A stretch of DNA of 64,000 nucleotides from a virus (IMGVR_UViG_3300033121_001723:1-64000); one strand, 5' to 3'. Counted from the stretch's first letter, positions 27,084-37,338 are shown. Translations and numbers: made by a program. Notes: a model not told the origin generated them from the sequence alone.

Positions 27084-27242
27084 CACCTCCTCACAAACTC
27101 CAGCACGGTCCTCTGTCGACACAGCAGCTCAGAACTTCATGGCACACCTCCCGTTGGTCGTTAAACCGCAAGAACCTACCGAACAGCTAAGCACGTCCGA
27201 GTAGTTATGACGCGTATCCGCGTATAATTTAGACGAACCGGA

Positions 27243-27839
27243 TCAGATACTGAAGTCTTCCTCTTTCGACAGCTTCCAAGATTTGACGATCTCTTGGGCT
27301 TGTGCCACCAACTTGGGAGTAAACAGCTGCCCGTCCGTGATGCCGTCTTTCAGCTCGCTCAGGTACCTGGCGTCCATAAGCTTTTCGGCTTCAACAGCCG
27401 ACTCGTGGTCCAAGCGGCCCAGATCGCGCTCCACCTCACTGAACTCCACGACATACTCGTCCATCGGACCTGCGGCCGTGATCGCAGACTCGGACTGGAC
27501 GAGCGGCAATCGCCGCCCATGGAACAACAGGGCGTGCGTTCCAGACCGTCGTAGTAGCCGGCACAGTGTCAGAGCCTTTTCCAACTCGACCAGCCTGTAG
27601 GCTTCGACGGAGAGGCTTCGAGGAGATGTACCGACAACCCAGTAGGCCGGAAGTTGTCTTGCGACTTCCTTGTCCAGCAGTTTCCGCGGCACCGCTGCGT
27701 CCACACTAGTCGGTACGAATTTGTACGGCTCGAAGTCGCTAAGATTGGTGAGATTCAGCATCGCCGACTTCTCCTGGCTCGCCCGGACCCTTGTCGAAGT
27801 CTGCAACTCCCCCGCAGTCGAGATTGTTGGCTCCGACAC
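27243..27839 (-). CDS. hypothetical protein
   Basis: 198-aa packed - strand ORF. Confidence 0.55.
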   Translation of the reverse strand: MSEPTISTAGELQTSTRVRASQEKSAMLNLTNLSDFEPYKFVPTSVDAAVPRKLLDKEVARQLPAYWVVGTSPRSLSVEAYRLVELEKALTLCRLLRRSGTHALLFHGRRLPLVQSESAITAAGPMDEYVVEFSEVERDLGRLDHESAVEAEKLMDARYLSELKDGITDGQLFTPKLVAQAQEIVKSWKLSKEEDFSI

Positions 27840-28021
27840 GACCGGTCTGGGAATTTACAGTACAATTCGCCCGGGACTCGTTGCCCTTCGCCCCAGACAC
27901 CAGCACACTGACCACAGTTAGCTCTTTGGCTTTTTTCGGGATGACCTTGGGAAGGACGATGACTTTGCGAGCCGCCTCGTCGAAGGTGACATCGGCCTCG
28001 AACTCCCCCGGCAAATACAAT

Positions 28022-28594
28022 TCAATCTGCATGTCTGGCTCCCAGTACGACCGGTGTCGCTGCACCCGGGTCTCTGATAACTCCGACACGAACCTCACGG
28101 TGAGATCCGCGTAATGTCAACACTTGAACAACCGCCTGCCACGACTCTGGCAGCACAGCTGATTGACCTAACAGTAGCCTGTCTGGAACGCACGCCTCTG
28201 TCCATCCACACTCGATCACGTTGGCCAACGGATCATCCGTCACTTGCGGTCCTGCTCGAAACAGGCAGCTGCCAAACATATCCCGCACGGTGGGCCACTG
28301 CTCTTTGGATACCCAAAGCAGTGCGTGGTTCCAGTGTGCGGCAAACCCGGAAAAAAACGGCTCCCGAATCACCAGAACTTGAACATCGATATCGGGCCTT
28401 CTCGCCAGAAAATCGACCAGCGGGTCGGCTGGCTGCGGCAGGTAGGTATGGCAACTGGCGTGCGTGAACCACACGCCAGTTGCCGCTAACGTCTGCAGAG
28501 TATCCGTCGCAGAGTAGCTCAATGGACGCAAGACACCCTTGGCAACCTTGTCGGAGCCGGTGGTGCCTTCCTTCACTGGTGTCCATTGCTCCAC
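28022..28594 (-). CDS. hypothetical protein
   Basis: GGAG upstream; packed arrangement. Confidence 0.55.
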   Translation of the reverse strand: MEQWTPVKEGTTGSDKVAKGVLRPLSYSATDTLQTLAATGVWFTHASCHTYLPQPADPLVDFLARRPDIDVQVLVIREPFFSGFAAHWNHALLWVSKEQWPTVRDMFGSCLFRAGPQVTDDPLANVIECGWTEACVPDRLLLGQSAVLPESWQAVVQVLTLRGSHREVRVGVIRDPGAATPVVLGARHAD

Positions 28595-28605
28595 GACATC
28601 AACCC

Positions 28606-29217
28606 TTAGATCAGCCCAACCTTCTCAGCCAGGTACTGCCCGGTATAGGCGAACTCTTTGGCATTTGCCGGAGTCTTGGAGACGCTTGGCAGCCCTTCGT
28701 AGTCACCGAAGAACTCCATGAGCGACCCCAGCCCAAACCCGTTCTGGAGATTCGCGGGAACAGCGTGGTCCGGGGTAGACAAGTTTCTTTCCGGGACCAC
28801 GTCGCCATACACGTCAAGCAAACCCGGCGTATCATGCCAGAACCTTACCGGAAGGCTGATAGACTCGTGCCAAGCCATGGCCGCTAGCGACCGAAATAAG
28901 GCGCGAATGTTGATCCCCACAAACAGGTGCTCAGCCTGCACCGGCCCGGGCGGCATGCCATGGAACTCTCCCAGGTCACAGATCTCCGCCAGAACGGACT
29001 CCAGCGGATACTGCGGAAAACTGACTTCCTCGCCGTCAGAGAGCATCACCAACTCTGAGACCTTCCCCACGAACGGGGCCAAGGTCTCGAACTCACGCAG
29101 CTCCTGAATCCGCGACGCTATCGACTCCGGTTTCGTGTACGACTTCCCCGGCTGCGGCGTCCACAGCTCCGGTCTCCACCCCACCCCCGTCCACCCGATC
29201 ACTGTCACTCGACTCAT
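28606..29217 (-). CDS. hypothetical protein (possibly degenerate 3'-5' exonuclease fold)
   Basis: LFVGINIR resembles the ExoII region; weak. Confidence 0.55.
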   Translation of the reverse strand: MSRVTVIGWTGVGWRPELWTPQPGKSYTKPESIASRIQELREFETLAPFVGKVSELVMLSDGEEVSFPQYPLESVLAEICDLGEFHGMPPGPVQAEHLFVGINIRALFRSLAAMAWHESISLPVRFWHDTPGLLDVYGDVVPERNLSTPDHAVPANLQNGFGLGSLMEFFGDYEGLPSVSKTPANAKEFAYTGQYLAEKVGLI

Positions 29218-29653
29218 TGTCTTCTGCTTTCTTTGCCTCGGCCGCAGCGGCGTCCTTGGCGGCCAGTTCCTTTGCGTCCTGCTCCAGCAGCCGGACGGCA
29301 GTAATGCCGAACGTCTCCAGTTGCACGCGCACTTCCTCCAAGCTGAACGGGGTCAATGCCCTCGCCCGAGAGGCTTGGACCAAATAGTCGACCACCTGCG
29401 GCACATGTTCAGGAGGTACCGAATCGTTGGCGAGTCGTTCCAGCCTGTGGCGTGCCGCATAGTAGATCTGCCAGCCCAGAGTTGCCAGCACGACCAAAAC
29501 ATTGGCCGACTTGCACTCCCGCATAAAGACGACAGGATCGAACACATCCTGTCCATCCACCAGTTTGACCGTCGGAACACCTTCCGGTACCGCGACGTCA
29601 CTGCCCTCCGGGATCTCCGGTGTCTGTACCGGCTCCACTTGTGCCTCCTCCAT
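29093..29653 (-). CDS. hypothetical protein
   Basis: AAGGAG upstream. Confidence 0.55.
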   Translation of the reverse strand: MEEAQVEPVQTPEIPEGSDVAVPEGVPTVKLVDGQDVFDPVVFMRECKSANVLVVLATLGWQIYYAARHRLERLANDSVPPEHVPQVVDYLVQASRARALTPFSLEEVRVQLETFGITAVRLLEQDAKELAAKDAAAAEAKKAEDNESSDSDRVDGGGVETGAVDAAAGEVVHETGVDSVADSGAA

Positions 29654-30413
29654 CTTCTGCTCCTTGCCTTCTCGCAGGACTCTCTAACTCACGCCGTAGA
29701 TCCTCGCTGGCAACGCGACTGAGATCGATCGGTAGCGTATCAAACTGCACCCCGGCTGCATACAACTCCAGCCCCTGTACCAGAATCCAAGCGGCGTCTG
29801 CCACATTGTCCACGCCGGAAGATTCATAGCCTTCGACCGCGAAGTCTGTTCCGAAATACTCATTGCAGGCAAGGATCATATCCTCCTTACTGCAATTTCC
29901 GTGGCCGGACGCCCGGCGTTTAATCTCGCCGATCGACAAGCCGCAACAGGGTACTCCGTTTCGCTCGGCGTATAGATTGACCGTGGCTTTGAAACCACCG
30001 ATCAACTCGGCCGTCGAGTACGTTCTGGCCATGACCTGTCCGATGGTTGTCTTGTTGATGGGGCCGCTCGGCGTGAACCGCACCTGTTCATAGAAGATGA
30101 TTGACGGACGCAGTTCTTCCAAGGCCTTTATCAACCGTACGAACCGGATGGCTCCCGACTCGTACTGGGCTGCGGACAGATCCAACTGCCCTAAAAATAT
30201 CGGAGATAGACTCTCGCGATTGATCGGACCGTGCGGATCGAATTCCGCAAAAGCCAGCCCGGTATTCGTGGCTAAGTCCAGGGCTACAGCCCGTGGCCTT
30301 GTCACGCTCCGTGGGTAGGCGGCCAGTTGGCGGACATCCCGGATAACAGGGGCTTGGGTACCCCCGCGGCTGGACACGGACACAGCAGACGTCTTACGAG
30401 CTCTCTTCGGCAT
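29598..30413 (-). CDS. ruvC: RuvC-like Holliday-junction resolvase
   Basis: ALDLATNTG (D1), FYEQVR (E), EIKRRASGHGNCSKEDM, DNVADA. Confidence 0.8.
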   Translation of the reverse strand: MPKRARKTSAVSVSSRGGTQAPVIRDVRQLAAYPRSVTRPRAVALDLATNTGLAFAEFDPHGPINRESLSPIFLGQLDLSAAQYESGAIRFVRLIKALEELRPSIIFYEQVRFTPSGPINKTTIGQVMARTYSTAELIGGFKATVNLYAERNGVPCCGLSIGEIKRRASGHGNCSKEDMILACNEYFGTDFAVEGYESSGVDNVADAAWILVQGLELYAAGVQFDTLPIDLSRVASEDLRRELESPARRQGAEDGGGTSGAGTDTGDPGGQ

Positions 30414-30414
30414 C

Positions 30415-31245
30415 TTAACCCATCAATTCTCTGTAGGACTCGACCAAGTGGTAAGTCAGTCGGCAGTCGTCGCCTGCGTCGTGGGAGGCTGCCGGGTCCA
30501 AGCCTGATTTCCTCCACAGGTCGTAGGTATCGGCACAGTAACCGTCCAGCTTCCAATACACCCCGGTGGCGCGTACCTCCAGGGACCTTCGACACCATTC
30601 GGCCAGCAGCTCGTCACGCTGCGGTGTCATCAGCAACTGCCGACCTTTGGCGATCGCCCCGGAGTCAAACACCAGATCCGCCGGATACACCGGCACGATT
30701 CCAAACAATTCTTGGGTGTGCTTGGCAATCTTAGGCATATCGAACTGCTGGACGTTGTGTCCAGTCAGCCCATAGTTGTTTCGCTCCAGAGCCTGCAACT
30801 TGTCCAAGAACACCCGAAATACTTCCTGCGGCGGTCGCCCGTGCTGCAAGATGTGCGCCATCCGGACTTTGTAGACCGCCCCTTTCTTCGCCATCGAGGC
30901 TGTCGTAGCCTCGATACGGCCACGCAACCACTCTTCGGTGATGCCGTTGTAGCCGATCCAGTTGACATAAACCGAATCGACATCGATCAGTTTGGTGCCC
31001 TGCACTAAGGCCTGACCCAACTGTACGATCACATCGTCCGGTGTAAACCCTGTGGTTTCGACATCGGTGATGCCGTAGTTGACCGGCAACTCTCCGAACT
31101 GCCGGCGCATCGCCAACCACCACTCCCGCTCCAGGTCTGACAAGATCAACTCGTTTCTAGCTGGTCTTGGCCAGCAACTTGTCGGCAAAGGCTCCCGCCA
31201 TATCCACCAGAGCCGCCACGCTCCGTGCCTGCGGTGGCTCACCAC
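30415..31245 (-). CDS. DnaQ-like (DEDDh) 3'-5' exonuclease; true start probably internal
   Basis: TDVETTG, GHNVQQFD, HDAGDDC. Confidence 0.85.
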   Translation of the reverse strand: MVSHRRHGAWRLWWIWREPLPTSCWPRPARNELILSDLEREWWLAMRRQFGELPVNYGITDVETTGFTPDDVIVQLGQALVQGTKLIDVDSVYVNWIGYNGITEEWLRGRIEATTASMAKKGAVYKVRMAHILQHGRPPQEVFRVFLDKLQALERNNYGLTGHNVQQFDMPKIAKHTQELFGIVPVYPADLVFDSGAIAKGRQLLMTPQRDELLAEWCRRSLEVRATGVYWKLDGYCADTYDLWRKSGLDPAASHDAGDDCRLTYHLVESYRELMG

Positions 31246-31657
31246 CCATCGGCGTAATGTCCTGCATCGCCGAATAGATCGCTCCGAGCATCACCTCGCC
31301 CAGCCTAGACATCAAGGCTGCGCGAATGCCTATAGGAATCTCCCGCAGCAATCCGGCCTCTTCGGCCGCCGTCTTGATGCAGTTCTGGTCCCCCTTGAAC
31401 GACGAATTGAGGAACCGGGCCAAGGCCATGACCCCGTCAGCCAGATGCCGGCGGCACTCGTCTTCCGAGACACCCTCCATCAACATCCTGTAATACTCGT
31501 CCGGATGTGGCACCGTGTCGAAGTGTGAAGCCACCTTGCGCAGCAGCTCCGGACCGATGACGGAGATGTCACGCTCCGGATGATACCAACGCTTATCTCC
31601 ACCGTCGGGTCTTGCCCCGATCGGTGTCGGTGCTCGCAGCACTGATTCGTCTAACAT
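31157..31657 (-). CDS. hypothetical protein
   Basis: Packed - strand ORF. Confidence 0.55.
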   Translation of the reverse strand: MLDESVLRAPTPIGARPDGGDKRWYHPERDISVIGPELLRKVASHFDTVPHPDEYYRMLMEGVSEDECRRHLADGVMALARFLNSSFKGDQNCIKTAAEEAGLLREIPIGIRAALMSRLGEVMLGAIYSAMQDITPMGGEPPQARSVAALVDMAGAFADKLLAKTS

Positions 31658-31723
31658 GCAACCCGCCCTTCATCTTGCTTAGGTTTTTGGGAATTTCACC
31701 GCCAAACCGGTTCCCGCCCAGGA

Positions 31724-32389
31724 CTATACCAAGGCTCTCCCGCGGAGCCAACTCAGCAGCATCTGCGACCAGCCCTCCATCTCGTCTCGTCGGGACTCCA
31801 GCTCGCCGACAGTTCCCCAGCCTACTTCCGTCAACTCGTCTGATGGTGTCACTACCTTACCGACAGCCGATACTTCATAGACGACACCGAAGTGTACCGA
31901 TGCGACCTCCGTATCATCGTGATTGATCATGGCCAGAGGTATCGCCGACGGAAGCTCTGGGGCAAAGTTTACCTCCTCCAGGACCTCCCGATGGGCGGCA
32001 CACCGGACGACGTCCGACAAGCTGCCGACATCCCCTTGAGAGTCAGCAGGCAAATCCGAATAGTCCACGTGCCCACCGATCCCGATTGACACCTTTCCGT
32101 GCAACCTGGTTTCAGCGGTGCTCCCTGGACGACGGTAGAAGAAATATTCTGTTTCTCCCGTTTGTGCCCGCTCGCGGGCTAGCAGACAGTACGGTATCGG
32201 CTGCTTCCACGCCGGGTCCTTCTCGACAGTGTCCCGTTCCTTGAACGTCAGAGGCTGCCGCCTCAACCACTCCTCACCGGCCCAATAGCCGACTAATCCC
32301 GGCACCACCCCGTAAAATGGGACAACCTGCCCCCTGCTCACCACCAGAATTTTTCCCAAGACACACTCCTCAACCGCAACGAATTTCAT
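31724..32389 (-). CDS. NUDIX-family hydrolase
   Basis: EKDPAWKQPIPY...RLHGKVSIGIGGH...AHREVLEEV...VHFG...MEGWS. Confidence 0.8.
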   Translation of the reverse strand: MKFVAVEECVLGKILVVSRGQVVPFYGVVPGLVGYWAGEEWLRRQPLTFKERDTVEKDPAWKQPIPYCLLARERAQTGETEYFFYRRPGSTAETRLHGKVSIGIGGHVDYSDLPADSQGDVGSLSDVVRCAAHREVLEEVNFAPELPSAIPLAMINHDDTEVASVHFGVVYEVSAVGKVVTPSDELTEVGWGTVGELESRRDEMEGWSQMLLSWLRGRALV

Positions 32390-32430
32390 TCCGACATAAA
32401 AATCCGGCCGTCCGGATACAAACGACACAC

Positions 32431-33441
32431 CTAGCTCTGCTGTGCGTCCTCGATGCTGAAGCCAAGCCGGCGTAACTTTTCGACGAGTTCGTCGCGTTCC
32501 CGGCACCGGGCACCTTGCCACTCCGGAGGGCAGGCGGTAAGTAGCCGATTCATGGTGACCGTAGCGATGTTCGGCAGCTTTCGGACAACCTCGATGTCCA
32601 AGGCACTCAGTCGCATCGCCTTCAGCTCGTAGTGCTCAAACGCTTGGTAAGAGCACGGAAACAGATGCTTGATGATCTTTTCCCCGAACGTCGTGGCATA
32701 CTCCCGGATCTCTTTCTGGGCGTGGGAATCCATCCGCAGCCCGAGGAAATGGAAGATGTTTCGCAGATCTGCCGTCCACCACAACTTGGTGTAAGTCGAC
32801 AAAGGGAGGTCCTTTCTCGCCTGTTCTTTCGCGACCCCCAGCTGCAGCCTGCGGTCGTAGACCTGCCGAGCTTTCTGCTGCAGCTCACGCTCTTCCAGGG
32901 ACAACAGCTTACCAGGCGTAGAAATGTCCTCGTTGCAGGTCATCGTGAAACTGCCGTCAGGTGATGCCACGCGGTTCTGTTCCGAGTCGTAGGTCCAACC
33001 TTCCGGCCAAGCGGTCAGCGATCCTCCGCTGCCTTGCCGGTTGGTTGTCGATTGCGTCCTCCAAGCGTCTTCCGGAGTCGTATCGGCGACATCGATCGCC
33101 GGACTGTACCGTGTCGAATACTCGTTGATGGACGCCATGCGATGCCTTACAAATTGTCTGTGCGCGTCCATAGGAATCATCACTTCGATCGCGACTTGGG
33201 CGAACTCTGACGGAGTTCCATGCCGGTGGCGCATCAAATATCGCATCAGGATTTCGTCGGCCTCTGCTCCCTTGGGTTGCAGGTCGCTGGTTGTTCGGGC
33301 GGCCTGCAGAACAGCTGCGTCCCCACCCATCGCATCCTGCAGCATAATGTACCCGGCAGACAGCAGTGGGAACTTTACCCCCACCAGCTCTTCCACCCGC
33401 TGCCTGAACTCCGCCCGTGTCAGTACTTTCTCAAAAGCCAT
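32431..33441 (-). CDS. thyX: flavin-dependent thymidylate synthase
   Basis: RHRHGTPSEF, RQFVRHRMASINEYSTRYS, EQARKDLP, RMDSHAQKEIR. Confidence 0.95.
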   Translation of the reverse strand: MAFEKVLTRAEFRQRVEELVGVKFPLLSAGYIMLQDAMGGDAAVLQAARTTSDLQPKGAEADEILMRYLMRHRHGTPSEFAQVAIEVMIPMDAHRQFVRHRMASINEYSTRYSPAIDVADTTPEDAWRTQSTTNRQGSGGSLTAWPEGWTYDSEQNRVASPDGSFTMTCNEDISTPGKLLSLEERELQQKARQVYDRRLQLGVAKEQARKDLPLSTYTKLWWTADLRNIFHFLGLRMDSHAQKEIREYATTFGEKIIKHLFPCSYQAFEHYELKAMRLSALDIEVVRKLPNIATVTMNRLLTACPPEWQGARCRERDELVEKLRRLGFSIEDAQQS

Positions 33442-33442
33442 A

Positions 33443-34297
33443 TCACACTTTCTTCATTGCTTCCCGGCGATGACAGACATAACACATGCCCATCCCACAC
33501 TCCGGGTCAAACCACGATTTCGTACCACAAACCACACAATCGCCAGAGATATACGTGTCCCTGTGAACACCACCGAGGCATTCCACGTAGCCCACCGGGC
33601 AGGCATGACATTCGTGCCGGTATCGCCTCGGGCAGTCGACACCCTGCCGGAAACGCAACTTCAAAATTGCCAGATTGTAGTCCTGTAGACTCGCCGGACA
33701 CCGGACTTCGAAGAAGCCTGGTCGACCGTTACGGGCGAACTCCGGTTCCAGTTTCCCGTACAGACGCAGCCCCGTCATCTCCTCTGATCGCTGCATAGAG
33801 CGTCCGCCGCGGCCGTTGGTAAAACCCAGCTCACGGCCTATGACAGACAAGGCCCGCCTGACAAACAGCTTTGTCACCAACATCGGACAGGCTGACCCAG
33901 CCAGCACACGGAACTGCACCGAGCATTGCGGCTCTCCTCGAAACTCGGCGGCAGGAAACACCCGCATGACCTGCATCGGAACCCACTCAACAGTTCCTGG
34001 GTATACCCAAGCCAGAACAGGCTTATTCTTTTTCAGCTTGTCGGTGTTTCCAGCAAGCCTCCAAGCCAAGTCATGCAGAAACTGCAATTCCAGTTTGACA
34101 CCGACATGCTGTCGCAGCGTCTCGAACAACGCCGGCGTTGGTAACGAAGGTTGCAGTTTCTGGATATCCTCCAGCACCGCTGCCAAAGTGCCGGCGTCCA
34201 GCTCCAGTCCGGCGTATTTGAACTTAAACTCGTGATACAGCTTATCACGGACCTTCAGGATCGTTCCGAGCGAATACCTCGGCAGACTGGCGTTCAT
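33443..34297 (-). CDS. hypothetical protein with C-terminal Cys-rich Zn-finger-like region
   Basis: CP..YRHECHAC...C...H...CVVC...C..CYVC. Confidence 0.7.
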   Translation of the reverse strand: MNASLPRYSLGTILKVRDKLYHEFKFKYAGLELDAGTLAAVLEDIQKLQPSLPTPALFETLRQHVGVKLELQFLHDLAWRLAGNTDKLKKNKPVLAWVYPGTVEWVPMQVMRVFPAAEFRGEPQCSVQFRVLAGSACPMLVTKLFVRRALSVIGRELGFTNGRGGRSMQRSEEMTGLRLYGKLEPEFARNGRPGFFEVRCPASLQDYNLAILKLRFRQGVDCPRRYRHECHACPVGYVECLGGVHRDTYISGDCVVCGTKSWFDPECGMGMCYVCHRREAMKKV

Positions 34298-34662
34298 GAT
34301 TCCAAGATCAACAATAGCCCCAGATACTCGCCAATCGGATCTTTTCCGGAGGCCACGATATTTAACTCCAGGATCTTGGAGTCCTTCGGAATGGCGTGAC
34401 CCGCCTGTAACAACTGCTCGGCAATGAACAACCTCTCGTAAACCGGATCGTTACATACCAGCTTCAGTATCGGGACCCTTGCAGCATCCCCTGCGATCGA
34501 GCAAAGTGCCCACTGGTACCTGCCGTCTGCCCATGTCAACGCATACGGCGATCCGGTACTACCAATCTTCAAGGCGACGCTGTTGTGTCCCTCCGCGACC
34601 AGCTTGTCATGGTCGATCAAATGGATTTTTCTGTTCACAATTCCCTTTCTTGCAGTAGCCAA
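34294..34662 (-). CDS. hypothetical protein
   Basis: Tightly coupled to both neighbours. Confidence 0.6.
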   Translation of the reverse strand: MATARKGIVNRKIHLIDHDKLVAEGHNSVALKIGSTGSPYALTWADGRYQWALCSIAGDAARVPILKLVCNDPVYERLFIAEQLLQAGHAIPKDSKILELNIVASGKDPIGEYLGLLLILES

Positions 34663-35388
34663 CTATGCCGACCACCCTGTACCCAGCGGAGGTTCGGATA
34701 AGCCCCGCCGCTTGGACGCACTTTCCCGCCCGTCCGCGTCCGCATTGATATGCACACCCGTTCGGAAATGTTTCTGAGTCAGCCCCAGCTGCTTTAGACA
34801 CACCCCCAACATCACGTCCCCGCCATTGTGCGACAAGGCCGGCCATGGCCACCCTGTTTCAGCCAACACCGTTCGACGAGCCGCCCACCAACCGCCTGTG
34901 ATAAATGAAGGCTGGTCTTCGACCGGCTGGCCTCTATACCACGGCTGCTGCTCAATCCATTGCCGCTGCCCGTTCCTCCAGGCTCTCAACCTGTACATAC
35001 TTCCAATCATATCGGCAGACTGCAGCTCGTTTGCCACAGTTGACAGCCAGGTTCCCGGCTCCTTGGTCACCTCCGGGTCCAAATACGAGTCGTCGTCAAA
35101 CCACATGACGACAGTTCCAACAGGCCCTACGTCAAGCAATTCCCGCATACGCCTGTACTTAGGTGTGTTGGGGCCGTCGATCAACGTAAACCGCTCCTGC
35201 CATCGCTCGTGAAGTGGCTCCAAGAGCTGCCATGTCGCCTCACACGTGACACTGTTGAAGGCTATTCGGAGCTCGCACCGCTCCGTCGGTAGATTATGAA
35301 GCGACTGCAGACAGCGGCGATGAAGGTAGTGATACTCATCGCCGCCGTACAGCAGTGCACAAACCGTAAACTCCGGCAGGCCATCCAT
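34663..35388 (-). CDS. glycosyltransferase-like (GT-A) protein
   Basis: VMWFDDDSY (DxD), FITGGWWA, HNGGDVMLG. Confidence 0.7.
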   Translation of the reverse strand: MDGLPEFTVCALLYGGDEYHYLHRRCLQSLHNLPTERCELRIAFNSVTCEATWQLLEPLHERWQERFTLIDGPNTPKYRRMRELLDVGPVGTVVMWFDDDSYLDPEVTKEPGTWLSTVANELQSADMIGSMYRLRAWRNGQRQWIEQQPWYRGQPVEDQPSFITGGWWAARRTVLAETGWPWPALSHNGGDVMLGVCLKQLGLTQKHFRTGVHINADADGRESASKRRGLSEPPLGTGWSA

Positions 35389-35422
35389 GGCTCATTATCC
35401 GATTAGAGCGTACCGCCGCGAC

Positions 35423-36229
35423 TCAGGCGGCTTCCCCGGCCTCGTCTCCGGGCTCTGCGTCCTGCAGGATACCCTTCTTCTTCAGAACAGTGTCCGTACG
35501 CTTCAAGGCCTTCTTGGCCAGTTCGAGCTGCTTCTTGCAGGCGTCAACAGCTGCTGCGCCGGCATCCACCAGCTTCAGCAGATTTGCCCGGGTCTTCAGT
35601 GTCACCGAGTCTGGTGGTGACTCCGAGAACTGCTCGAACATCGGCTCCCAAACTTGGGTTGCCCGACGCACCATTTCCGACAAAGTCGATGAAGCATTCA
35701 GTGCTCCGTCGTCCATGTTCTTCGGCATGGCCATCGGCCGTCCCGCGTTCGGGTTCTTGTTCCCGGTCTCTTCGACCAAGTAGGCATGTAGTTCCTTCGG
35801 ACTCCAGTGGTTGACCAGGGCCAACCGCTGCCACTTGGCTCGCTCCTTCTTGTCTGCAACCGTCAGCAGGACAAACACGTGACTGAGGTTCAGCTTGCGG
35901 CCGAACTTCGTTTCCGCCTGCTTGAGCTGCTCGTACTCCTTGTCGGTGTACTTCTCGACAAACGCCAGCCGTTTGTACAGCATATCCGGGTTTTCGCCCA
36001 AGGCTTCCGCCAAGGCAACAACCGACCCCTTGTTGAAATGTTCGGTGTCTCGCGTCAGATCTTGAATCAGCCGCCCTTGGGCTCGGGCGATATCCAAGAC
36101 GTTCTGGATCGCTTCCCCTTCGAGTTCACACCATTGCTTGTACGTCGGCACCAACTCTTTCGGGAGATTATCCCGAGCCTCGATCAATTTCGTGTTTGGC
36201 TGTAGTGTCGCCAATGCCGTTACCGTCAT
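35423..36229 (-). CDS. YhcG-N (DUF1016_N)/ParB-like HTH DNA-binding protein without a nuclease domain
   Basis: VVALAEALG...LYKRLAFVEKY...LNLSHVFVLLTVADKKER...WSPKEL matches LSWSHY..LL.V.D...R...WSxREL. Confidence 0.6.
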   Translation of the reverse strand: MTVTALATLQPNTKLIEARDNLPKELVPTYKQWCELEGEAIQNVLDIARAQGRLIQDLTRDTEHFNKGSVVALAEALGENPDMLYKRLAFVEKYTDKEYEQLKQAETKFGRKLNLSHVFVLLTVADKKERAKWQRLALVNHWSPKELHAYLVEETGNKNPNAGRPMAMPKNMDDGALNASSTLSEMVRRATQVWEPMFEQFSESPPDSVTLKTRANLLKLVDAGAAAVDACKKQLELAKKALKRTDTVLKKKGILQDAEPGDEAGEAA

Positions 36230-36243
36230 GTCTCGCCTTTCTA

Positions 36244-37338
36244 TCACCGTAGAAATACCTGGAAAGCCACGCTCTCCAGTAGTTCGCGTAGCCGCTGCGA
36301 CCGCCCGCTGGCGTATCCAATCAGCGACTTAAACAGATCCAATTCTGTCCTTTCGAGTATTTCCGAGACGTGTGGTGCCCGGCCCAGCTCAGTCCTGGGC
36401 AGGAACAGGCTTCCCACAGTCGCCTCGGCAATCTCCGCAGGTACGTTAGCCATTCTCAACGTCTGAATCCACCGTCTGCGCTCCTGCGCAAGATACATTT
36501 CGTCAGGTTCATCGAACAGCATGGTATCCGCCAGCTCGGCGAGACTGTCTGCAATGTCCAGCGGATCTGGCCTAAGGACTCCGACCAGCAGCTGCCGCAG
36601 CTTGATCGTAAACCGAGACCCTGTCCGCCGCTGCCGCTGCCGGAATCGAGACGGAGCCTGCAGACAGGCGCTGCCGTCTGTCATCCTCTGGTACAACAGA
36701 TAGGCGCGAATCGCGTCATCACCGGCCTCGTCGATGCAGAACGCGTAACCCTGCCGATAGGGTCCGTCCACCGTGGCGATATCTTCAGACTTCAAGTACC
36801 GCAGAAATAACCGGCGGCCAACCAAGCTGGCTCCGGCAAATTCCACGTCATCGGCGGCATCGCAAATGATGCTCTCCACCAGTTCCATGAAGCTCGACGC
36901 TTCAAGGTAGTGGGTTTTCGGTCCAAGAAACCCGTCTATTCGGCGAGCCTTGGCATCGACCACCATCTGGTAATTGGACAGCAGCGGTCCAAACCGTAGA
37001 GCGGCCACTTCATTGAAAATGTTGCAAGCCGAAGTACGGCTAAAAAACTCTGCCGAAGTGTCAGTGGGTCGAGCGTCTCCAGCGATGTTCTGGACAACCT
37101 TCGACAATCCGGGGGCCAGCAGCTTGCAGACGCGTGTAAACGCATAGGATGAGTACCGCAGCCCGGAGGCTGTGGCCAATGTTCTCGGCTCAAGCCGGAC
37201 GGACCTTATCGACTCCGGTGACGTAACCTGTGTGTTTCCATTCATTCTGGCTAGTTCTTCCGCCAGGTTCTCTCGCCCGGCTTTCCCTTCCGGGAAGTCC
37301 CAGACGTTCGGCATGTCACACAAGGTTACTGCAGCCAT
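36244..37338 (-). CDS. DUF932-like protein
   Basis: RIDGFLG..Y...F...V...GASL..RRLFLR...GYAF...E.G...I.A...QRM pattern; weak. Confidence 0.5.
   Translation of the reverse strand: MAAVTLCDMPNVWDFPEGKAGRENLAEELARMNGNTQVTSPESIRSVRLEPRTLATASGLRYSSYAFTRVCKLLAPGLSKVVQNIAGDARPTDTSAEFFSRTSACNIFNEVAALRFGPLLSNYQMVVDAKARRIDGFLGPKTHYLEASSFMELVESIICDAADDVEFAGASLVGRRLFLRYLKSEDIATVDGPYRQGYAFCIDEAGDDAIRAYLLYQRMTDGSACLQAPSRFRQRQRRTGSRFTIKLRQLLVGVLRPDPLDIADSLAELADTMLFDEPDEMYLAQERRRWIQTLRMANVPAEIAEATVGSLFLPRTELGRAPHVSEILERTELDLFKSLIGYASGRSQRLRELLESVAFQVFLR

Noticed and set aside
27223-27228. Perfect TATAAT on the + strand
   Set aside because: No -35 or extended -10 element, and it points antisense into a gene
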